64,000 nt of DNA from Williopsis jadinii. Its lineage: Eukaryota. The stretch is taken from assembly GCA_024346625.1 (NCBI GenBank), contig AP024665.1, forward strand, positions 2,232,001 through 2,296,000, in the 5' to 3' direction. This document shows positions 55,510 through 64,000 of the stretch, in pieces; the first letter of the stretch is position 1, and each line of letters starts with the position of its first letter. The notes beneath the pieces were generated by a model. It was given only the letters and a program-made list of their open reading frames with translations. It had not been told where the DNA came from and ran no database searches. Both the position numbers and the translations under genes were made by a program.

Positions 55510-56138
55510 TTTTACGCAAGTTTACTCCTGTACAGAGGAATTTATATGGAATTGATGCAAAGAGGTTAAAACCAACTTCAGAATACCAAAACATGTACCG
55601 AATATACTTGGCATTGGACAGTCTATGGTTGATGCACAGAATTCAACTCGAACAAAGCGTTAACGTTCCAACTTGAAGAATCAGACTATTGAGAGTTAGC
55701 GAGCCGCTTTTGGCTGATATCCCAAATGGGTACGTCTCTGTGCTCTAAGTGATTGGGATCAAATCGTGCCTTGTAAAGAAGATGGTGGCAAGCAACAGGC
55801 GATGTAGTTAAACGATTACTCTTAGATATCATTTATAGAACTGTGCATAGCCTGCGTAACTTGGGTTGGCAGGACGTTGTTGCAAACACCCACGTTACAT
55901 GTTGGACCGAGAATTTCTTTCACCATCAACATAACTATCAGGGTATCATTTTGTGCTTCAAATCTTGGCAATGTAAGAACAACAGCCCGTGGGCCATCCC
56001 TGTGAATCGTTGTTTGCTCATACGAATGTCTTTGGGCGTGGGAGACGGATAGATTATATATAAAAGAGGTTGACCATCTGCTGGTGTTGTGTTCGCCCTA
56101 AGCTTGAATGTTTTACACATCATCGTTACTGCTAGAAA

Positions 56139-56723
56139 ATGAAGTTTCAATTAATTGGATTGGCTGCATATGCCATGCTTGGTGTCTATGCACAAAATGA
56201 TTCTTCGGTGGTTGAATCTTTGACAAATTCCAGTTCATCATCAATCACTGATTCTTCCTCAGATTCATCCTCCACTGATGAAGCTTCTGTTCCTGACTCA
56301 ATCACTAATTGTCATTACCATGGCACTGAACAATATTGTGATGCTAATGGAACACATGGTGAGGTTGTTGGTGCTCCTACTGATTCAGAGGAAGGCCAAT
56401 CCTCATATACCGGATGTCATACTCATTCAAGTGAGACTTACTGTCTAGATGATAATGATGAGGAGGTTCAATTTGTTGCAGACGCAGCTGAAGCCGATGA
56501 GTCTGGTTCTGAGTCTGGTTCTGAGTCTACCTCAGAGTCTGCCTCAGAGTCTGCCTCAGAGTCTGGTTCTGAGTCCACTTCAGAGGTTGAGTCCACCTCA
56601 GAGTCTGCCTCAGAAGGTACTGAATCAACCCAAGCGGAAACATCATCTGCTGCCAATGATGGTGGAATAAAAGGTGTTGGCTCTGCACTAACTGCAGCTT
56701 TGGTTGGTATTCTCTTCTTGTGA
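56139..56723 (+). CDS. Secreted, probably GPI-anchored acidic Ser/Glu-rich protein with two CHxH-x5-C motifs
   Basis: Signal peptide; TNCHYHGTEQYC and TGCHTHSSETYC; (ES[GAT]S)n stalk; ANDGG plus a hydrophobic C-terminus; TATATAAA at about 56057. Confidence 0.85.
   Translation: MKFQLIGLAAYAMLGVYAQNDSSVVESLTNSSSSSITDSSSDSSSTDEASVPDSITNCHYHGTEQYCDANGTHGEVVGAPTDSEEGQSSYTGCHTHSSETYCLDDNDEEVQFVADAAEADESGSESGSESTSESASESASESGSESTSEVESTSESASEGTESTQAETSSAANDGGIKGVGSALTAALVGILFL
56499..56612 (+). repeat. 12-bp coding minisatellite (ESGS/ESAS/ESTS)
   Basis: gagtctggttct / gagtctgcctca / gagtctacctca units. Confidence 0.85.
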
Positions 56724-56825
56724 TTTATCAATGTACAAACGAGTATTTAACCTACCACCACTGGGAACAATAAGTTGGTAACGTACCATTCATATAGCTA
56801 TTTACAAGGTTTATATTTATATGAT

Positions 56826-57923
56826 CTAGTCTAGCCCAGAGTTCTTTCTAACCTCCTTCATAGTCTTCTCCGCTATTTCTTGAGCCCTTCTGTTTCCCTT
56901 CTGAACTATCGAATGAAGATATTGTGGGTCTTGGATGAGCCTATTGTACTCTTCTCTGGTCGGCTTAAACTCTTCAACAATCACCTCTGTGACGTAGTCC
57001 TTAAATGCCTTATGATCCTTCAGATTAGCAATGTCTTGCTCTACTTGTTCAATGGGTTTTCTTTGAACTCCACTGATGATGTTTATCATATTCGATACAC
57101 CCGGTCTGTTGATAGGGTCATAGGAAAAATGATCGCTGATGGAGTCTGTCACTGCCTTCTTGATCTTTTTAGCAATTGCGTCAGGCTCTTCTGTGATATA
57201 AATGGTGCTAGCTTGGTCAGGGTCAGATTTTGACATCTTCTTTGATGGGTCCTTTAAACTGAGGATCTTTTTAGTAGGAGCAAGAATTGTCGTTGGCAAC
57301 GGGAAAGTATTCTCAAACTTTTTATTGAATTGCTCAGCGATATGTCTACATAGTTCCAGATGTTGGGATTGGTCATCTCCAACCGGGACCTGTGTAGACT
57401 TGAACAGGAGGATATCAGCAGCCTGTAACACAGGATATGCAAACAGACCCAAGGACGCACTGTCGGAACCTTTCGATTTGCTCTTCCACTGGGTCATTCT
57501 TCCAAGGTATCCAATTCCTGAAACACAGGATAGGATCCAATTCAGTTCTGCATGCTGTGGAACACCACTTTGGTGATAGACAATGGCCTTATCGTGGTCA
57601 ATACCAGTAGAGAGAATGCTAGCGATAGCCTCATATCTGAACTTCCTCAACTCATCAGCACTTTTGGGGATTGTCATCGCGTGGAGATCAGCAACACCAT
57701 AAATAACAGTGCTATTTGCCGGTGCAACCTCACACAGATCCCTCCAGACACGAACAGCACCCAGGTAGTTCCCCAGGTGGAACTTCCCTGTTGGCTGGAT
57801 TGCCGAGTAGATCGTCGAGTTATCGGCAATGTGAAGGGACTTTGGATCAAATTCTGTGTTCTTCACGGTCGAGGCACCTCTTACCAGCCCTTTTTTGATG
57901 GCACTGCCCCGGAAACGTAACAT
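56826..57923 (-). CDS. MSW1: Mitochondrial tryptophanyl-tRNA synthetase
   Basis: SAIQPTGKFHLGNYLGA (HIGH-type), YPVLQAADIL, VPVGDDQ, KMSKS. Start MLRFRGSA at 57923. Confidence 0.95.
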   Translation of the reverse strand: MLRFRGSAIKKGLVRGASTVKNTEFDPKSLHIADNSTIYSAIQPTGKFHLGNYLGAVRVWRDLCEVAPANSTVIYGVADLHAMTIPKSADELRKFRYEAIASILSTGIDHDKAIVYHQSGVPQHAELNWILSCVSGIGYLGRMTQWKSKSKGSDSASLGLFAYPVLQAADILLFKSTQVPVGDDQSQHLELCRHIAEQFNKKFENTFPLPTTILAPTKKILSLKDPSKKMSKSDPDQASTIYITEEPDAIAKKIKKAVTDSISDHFSYDPINRPGVSNMINIISGVQRKPIEQVEQDIANLKDHKAFKDYVTEVIVEEFKPTREEYNRLIQDPQYLHSIVQKGNRRAQEIAEKTMKEVRKNSGLD

Positions 57924-58155
57924 CTTTAGCCCTATTTTGGTGGGTATTAAACAGTGATGAAGAGGAAGAAGTGAATTCTCGGTGTCTGGGTTTATTGTAC
58001 ACTTCCCAGCCTCGGCTGACGGCACCAATTCCGGGGGTATATTTACCCCTCGTAATTGGATAACCTCATCTCGAACACTTTTCACTTCATACCGACTATC
58101 ATTTTGAGCTTATCTAGAGCAGTTGGTTGCACAGTCGTGTTGCTTTGGTAGTTGG

Positions 58156-61140
58156 ATGCTCAATAAGGTGATGGTACTTTCACCAACAACAAGGGCTGGC
58201 CTTGTACGTGGGTTTAGAACATGCTCTGGGAGGTATCAGGCTGTTGGGAAACCACTGGAGCAGCGAAGCCGGAAGGAACAGCAAGAGAACGTGCCTGTGG
58301 AACCAGATACAGCTACGAAGAGTGAGGATATCGAGGGTAATGAGGGGAAACCTTTGGAGTCAGCTGTTGAGAAAGTTCGTGCTGGGCTGGAAAGCGCTAG
58401 AAAGAAGGCCTTCCAGGAGTTACGAGGTGATGTTAGGATCAAATCTCTGAAAGAGATCTCTGAGGAGAATGACAAGCTGATGGTCTCACGGTACATCAGA
58501 CCTCTGAGAAAATGGTCTTATGAGATAAAAGCCGACTCGCTGAATCACCTGAAACGGTCAGGTCTCGAGAGTGAGCAAATTAGCAGTGTCATGGACGGAT
58601 ATACAGCAGGGATCATGTCACAGGCTCTAGGTAAGCCAAAAGTGACAGTAACTGCGTCAGATCTGTTCGAACCTCTTGACGCTGGTGATGCTGTGGAACT
58701 ATCAAGCTCTCTAAACCAGTCAGTGCTAGCGGTTATTGTATCGGTTCCCTTCAGCGATAACGATCCTCGTTATACAGTGATGACACGTCTTGGTGAGCTA
58801 TTTTGGTTAGAGAAATCTGCATTCAAGTTCCGTATACCTCGTGTGATCCCTAAACCATGGCTCAAGGACATTGTTAAAAAGACCACTGATCCGTCAGCAG
58901 ATTATGGAAGTATAAAAACGTCACCAAAGGGATTTGCGAGATATATGGTGAACCCTCTGGCAAGACAAATTATTTCACAACCGTTGATTGATATTACAAA
59001 AGCTGCTTGGGATAACATTCAACAAACTTCAAGAAAGCTGGAGATTATACACCGACTACTGGAGACAAATGGACCAAGACAGGTGTCCCTCCTGACACTT
59101 GTGAATGCTACAGCTGCTATTTCTCTGAAAGAATTTGAAAATCAGATTAATGAACAAGGGGTGATATTGGCGTATAAAAACCTTGCCCAATCTCTTGAGA
59201 TATCCTGTGGTGTTGACTTTGGATCCGGCTTGCTAAAACCTCTCTTGGGTAAAGAGTTTGGCAGTGTGAGTATCTCTAACGAATATGACATTGCATTGCT
59301 TTATTCGGTTGTCTTGACCCTAAGAAAACAAACAGCGTTATGGTCGACTCAAAATCAATCAAGAAGTACATTTGTTCCATTGTCTGTAACTGTCTTGCCC
59401 ATGAAGTATAATTTGAGGATAACAGAGGTCTTAGAGGCACTGAGGAGTCCAGCTGGCGAAAGAATGATACACCAATTCAAACAATACATTGAAAGTGGGA
59501 ATTATACTCCTCCTGGGAAAGAAGTCAAAGATTTAATGTTTCTGTTGAAGGAATACGCTGTTGGCAACATCTCCGATCCCATTAGTGAGACAGTTATCTG
59601 CCAGGTGATGAAAAGACTTTTCAGTACGAGAGTCACCAAGACACTGGTATGGGATACTCTTGTGAAAGTTGGCTATATAGACTCAACATTGGTTAATCCC
59701 CAACATTTTACAAACTCTTTGGCATTTCCAGGAAGGGATGTTTCACCCAAAGCAGAGCTAGAGGAGGAATACTTCCAACTGTGTGAAGTTAATGAACGAA
59801 ACGGTGCTGACCGTGCCCATAAAAGAATCGACATGTCCCATTTGAGAGTGTTTTGCATTGACAGTGAGACAGCACATGAAATCGATGATGGTGTGTCCAT
59901 TGAGCATATTGGGAAGGAGAAAACTCGTCTTCATATCCATATTGCTGACCCAACTTCCTATCTTGAGGATGATTCCACTCTGATGAAAGTTGCATTTGAG
60001 AGAGCATTCACAACTTACCAACCGGAAACTATCAGTGCTATGTTCCCAAAGAGGATGAGTGACATGGCTGGCTTGGGCGTTGATGGAAAGGTCACTAGAG
60101 CTATGACTTTTTCAATCGACGTTGAAAGGGACTCGGGGGTTGTGGATTTCTCTTCTGCCCAGGTCAACGCAACGTTGGTATCGAAATTCCCCAAATACAC
60201 ATACGATGATGTTGATAGAACTCTTTCAGAAGCTTTCAATGTGGAAAATAAGGAGCACAATGACCTGAGGGAAATGAGCAACCTCAGTGTTTTGTTGAGA
60301 GCCAACAGAATTCAGGAAGGCGCTGTTGTCTATCCAGACACGTTGAGTGTTCAGGTGCGCGTTCATCCGCAGGGGAATGTAACGGACGGTGAGAAGCTAG
60401 ACGGCGCTACTGACGACGAGGCCGTGTCATTCGAAGGTCAGAAATCCACCCAATCAGTAATATTAGTCACGGAGTTTATGATTCTGGCAAACAAGATAGC
60501 AGCTACAGTATTGAAGAACAATGGCTTACCAGGAGTCTTCAAGACCATGCCAGCACTTCCATTGGCTGGATCAGCCTCTGAAGTGGTTAAGAATTTGAAC
60601 GAGCGTTCAAAGGAAGGTTGTATGAACTTGTCAGATCTTGTAAAGTCTTTCAAGTTTGTTACTCCAGCAGTGTATTCGCATTGTGCAGGACCCCATGTAA
60701 TGCTAGGCGTTGAGCGTTATGCTCCTTCAACCTCGCCGCTAAGACGCTTTGGTGACGTTGTGAATCACATGCAATTCCATAGTCTTCTCAATGGAGAGAA
60801 GATGGTTTTCAACCACGAGCAAGTGCTTTCCATGGTGCTTCACATCGAAGCACGTAATGATATCTTGAAAAAGGCATCCCGTGGTTCCTTGACTTACTAC
60901 TCAATGAAAGCTTTGAAAGACAGGATCAGCGAGGACGGCACTGTGGACGCTCAATTTATAGTGGTATCACCATCCATCGGGAACACGGCAAACGGTCTAC
61001 TTCTCGAATATGGTGTCTTTGGCAAGATGACGCTGGTGGAAGGAAGACATCCACCAAGCATTGGTGATATTATTGAACGCTTTAGAGTACAGGAACTAGA
61101 CCCCGTGGGGCTCAATCTGGTTCTCGAAGAGATAGACTAG
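58156..61140 (+). CDS. DSS1: Mitochondrial degradosome 3'-5' exoribonuclease (RNase II family)
   Basis: RNB catalytic motif CIDSETAHEIDDG, HIADP, LVTEFMILAN, TSPLRRFGD; Arg-rich presequence from ATG 58156. Confidence 0.88.
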   Translation: MLNKVMVLSPTTRAGLVRGFRTCSGRYQAVGKPLEQRSRKEQQENVPVEPDTATKSEDIEGNEGKPLESAVEKVRAGLESARKKAFQELRGDVRIKSLKEISEENDKLMVSRYIRPLRKWSYEIKADSLNHLKRSGLESEQISSVMDGYTAGIMSQALGKPKVTVTASDLFEPLDAGDAVELSSSLNQSVLAVIVSVPFSDNDPRYTVMTRLGELFWLEKSAFKFRIPRVIPKPWLKDIVKKTTDPSADYGSIKTSPKGFARYMVNPLARQIISQPLIDITKAAWDNIQQTSRKLEIIHRLLETNGPRQVSLLTLVNATAAISLKEFENQINEQGVILAYKNLAQSLEISCGVDFGSGLLKPLLGKEFGSVSISNEYDIALLYSVVLTLRKQTALWSTQNQSRSTFVPLSVTVLPMKYNLRITEVLEALRSPAGERMIHQFKQYIESGNYTPPGKEVKDLMFLLKEYAVGNISDPISETVICQVMKRLFSTRVTKTLVWDTLVKVGYIDSTLVNPQHFTNSLAFPGRDVSPKAELEEEYFQLCEVNERNGADRAHKRIDMSHLRVFCIDSETAHEIDDGVSIEHIGKEKTRLHIHIADPTSYLEDDSTLMKVAFERAFTTYQPETISAMFPKRMSDMAGLGVDGKVTRAMTFSIDVERDSGVVDFSSAQVNATLVSKFPKYTYDDVDRTLSEAFNVENKEHNDLREMSNLSVLLRANRIQEGAVVYPDTLSVQVRVHPQGNVTDGEKLDGATDDEAVSFEGQKSTQSVILVTEFMILANKIAATVLKNNGLPGVFKTMPALPLAGSASEVVKNLNERSKEGCMNLSDLVKSFKFVTPAVYSHCAGPHVMLGVERYAPSTSPLRRFGDVVNHMQFHSLLNGEKMVFNHEQVLSMVLHIEARNDILKKASRGSLTYYSMKALKDRISEDGTVDAQFIVVSPSIGNTANGLLLEYGVFGKMTLVEGRHPPSIGDIIERFRVQELDPVGLNLVLEEID

Positions 61141-64000
61141 AGGAGGAACATAGTGTACATATACAGTTTGTAAATAGTAATTGGTCTTCTCTATGTAGTT
61201 GAAGGTCGTATGGCAAGTGTTCCCGTTCTCTGAGCCCTGTCGAGGCTCAGAACTTATTAGTAACGCCAGTTTCAGACTCACGGGAAATGTCGTCTTCCTC
61301 TTTCAACATCTTGCGTATGGGCTGTCTGCTAAGTCGCATGAGAGGCGTGCATACGCATTTCAATCATGTACTTGTTGTTCTTGCATGATGGAAAGTTTCA
61401 ACTAGCAGGAGAATAGAAAATAACCCTGGCTGATATATTCCCCTAAAAATGGTCGATATTGGCTCTCCATGAGTCATAAATATAGACATACGCTAAGGAA
61501 TCTGGTATCTTTATCTGACTGGCCTAGGGGCTCGGCCGTAAAAGAGAGCCGAGAAGGGCTGTTAACACCAGGACGAAAGCTTGGCTTCGTCCTGTGGCAT
61601 GCACAGGAATGTCTTCAGTGGAGATATTGGTAGCTGGGACTGCAAGTGGAATATAACGCTGCTGGCCAGCAGCGTCCTTAACGAGTCAACGCATCAGAGA
61701 GTAAGAAAAGCACAGCACGGTATGATAAAAGCAAAGCAAAGTGCAGTGTAACATCGTTTTGAGGTACCCTTCCACTATAGCATATTGTCGCATACTTTGC
61801 AATTTCACCGTCATGGCATCTGACGGCTGTGATAAATCAGCTGGAATTGGCGTCGTGTAGACAGATACATGCATCAGCGGTGTTCAGTGAGTATTAAACA
61901 AATATCCGCGATGATTGAAGCACAAAATATTATTGCATTCTACATTCCAAACATCGAAGTTCGACGTGTCTTTGTAGATGAATGATCGTACATGTATTTT
62001 TGGGCTTATTATTATTATTATTTTCCATGCCTCTATCAATTCTAAACCAGTCCAGTAAACCATACTCTGCTGACGACTTCAATGATGAGACAAGGGCGAA
62101 GAGAATAAACGTCAGTATTAATGGCGATGTTACCAGTTCGTAGCCCTCTGAGCATCGTGGAGAGCTCGGAGCTCGGAAAGAATCGGAATGGAACGTTTCG
62201 ACACTCAAGACTTGCGAAAGCATGCAAGAATACGCAGTATACAGTTGAAACAAGCCATTTCAACCAGATTTTTACGAGACACAGTCATCCTGTGCATACA
62301 GCTCGCACCCAAAAAGTTATACGTAGACAACATATTCTAATACATAAACAATAGCTTCGACTTCTCGTATGAATGCTGCCCTACTTTGGCTTGATATTGT
62401 TGTAACCTGGGAGTAGTTCGTGATCACTGAACACACCGACATCGTGATCTAAGTGAATCTGAATGCAGTGAGTCAGGAGCCATTTGAACCCTTAAAACAA
62501 AAAAAAGAAAGAAAGAAAGCAGCACTCAATCTGGCCGTCAACATGAGCATGATGGGCTTTGAGGACTTTGAATTCTAATGGGGATTCACGAGAACCGGAC
62601 CTTCAAGTATATGCAGCGCACATATGAATCGATTCCTGGTCAAGCCATCACGATAAAACCCAGGGCGACCCATCAAAGCTTGAAGGTATAGACTCATCTT
62701 CTAAAGTATATCTCCGATGGGAACACGCAAAGTGTATAAATGCCACTGGAAATGGAATTCCCAGCAATATAACTGCGATTATTCCAATGATACAATAATA
62801 GGTGGCTCATTTGTAGGCATGTGCTGTGATCAATGATAAGCACAACAACTTCAAAGTTCATATGTCTATGAGTTTAAGAACTCCGAATATTGATCTGACT
62901 ACAGGACGGTAACATTTGGTTTGGTGATTCAATACGCCAATAACTACGCTACACAACGAGAACGTCACCGCGTCTGAGAATTACAGCACTGCGGCACGCT
63001 GTTGATCATTTTTTGTTGAGCATGCACCGCCGGCTGAAGATACTTTGTAGCCATTATGGATCCACTCATTGACTATTGGTACGTTACAGTGATGTGTGTG
63101 GGAATGGGAGCCGTTGATCAGATGATCTTGTAGGCTAAAATCTCAGATTGAGCTTAACATTATCTTATGTACACGACGAACATATTGGAATTACGTGCAA
63201 TACTGCGGAATTAACGTGAAGTCCTGACGCTAAATTTTACTTCGCTCGATCTGGCTTTCATGACATAATCACGCAATTAACTAAAAAGATACACAGCCTA
63301 GTATCAGTTCTTGTCCTTAAGCCTACATCGCAACCAACTGGTCAGGAACTCGACTCACTTCACTCCTTAAAAGCATTACACATTAGGAAACCTTACACTG
63401 CGTACTAATTAAGCCAAATTGCACATGCAGCATTGGTGTGCTGGGAAGTACCGTGGCGACGGCATCGAGATGACAAAGTGTGATACCACATACAGGAACA
63501 GTAGTTTGATTCTATAACTGTTTCCAAGTTTGTTACACCACATGATACAGTTTTGAGAATATGATATCGTTAGAAGTAATTCTTGATGTTGCCTTAATAA
63601 TATGCCTAGCAATATCCACAGCTAAGCTGATGGAGTTCCACATGCCACGTTGGCCCATTCACTCTGTCAAAGCCCTACACTTATGTTCAAACAAGTTGTA
63701 AAATAGCAACTATTTTGGGAATATGGAAGACATCTGAGGTCAAACCATATCGGATATTCAGCTATATCAGTAACACACTTTGTTAGTGTAATTAAAGACA
63801 TCATGGACATTTGTAAATCGACTTGACTTAGCACCATGACTGTTGATTTTTGAGGATCTCAACGTAATGGCGTTATGGCCTTTTTTATCATTGCATGTAA
63901 ATAATATTGATACTGGAATCACGAATATCCACACTGGTGCTCGACAGGACGGTGCTTATGAAGCTTTCTAAACTCATTTCCGAGTACGATTATGTTTCAT

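Noticed and set aside
61510..61600. Hammerhead ribozyme suggested by GGACGAAA
   Set aside because: No CUGANGA core in the required position on either strand.
61609..64000. Short ORFs or a transposon in the terminal non-coding stretch
   Set aside because: No ORF with a recognisable domain, and no terminal repeats or TSDs seen; probably the upstream region of a gene beyond the window.

Overview
Eukaryotic DNA from a budding yeast (Saccharomycotina). CUG is read as Leu: CTG falls at the conserved Leu of the HSF 'KLY' motif. The short TACTAAC-type introns and gene order suggest a non-WGD, non-CTG yeast, possibly Cyberlindnera/Phaffomycetaceae; that assignment is inference. The window holds about 27 protein genes and one tRNA-Asn(GTT). 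In order the genes are: a METTL16-like methyltransferase (missing from the ORF track, cut by the left edge), ADH, SREBP-like bHLH, YOS9, ATP3, GCV1, PPX1, TMEM205-like, TOM20, SLX9, GPD, BIG1, an orphan ORF, SFL1-like HSF, a DAGK/LCB-kinase-like gene, then PCC1-ESL-MCM10-RPL40-MLP-SLN1-ATG32, ARO10-like, CKB2, HIR2, a small GPI-type CHxH protein, MSW1 and DSS1. Eight introns were reconstructed by hand. Best leads: (1) an unannotated, decayed TnpB/Fanzor-like nuclease C-terminus (EHYTS..C ... HDINGVRNILIKWLT) at ~21.43-21.58 kb, next to a solo-LTR-like element and followed by hairpins; (2) a stand-alone, probably GPI-anchored protein made of two CHxH-x5-C zinc-binding-type motifs; (3) SLN1 split by an apparent microhomology deletion that frameshifts off the receiver domain; (4) METTL16 together with mostly +4A 5' splice sites. 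No database searches could be run, so all family calls come from motif recognition.
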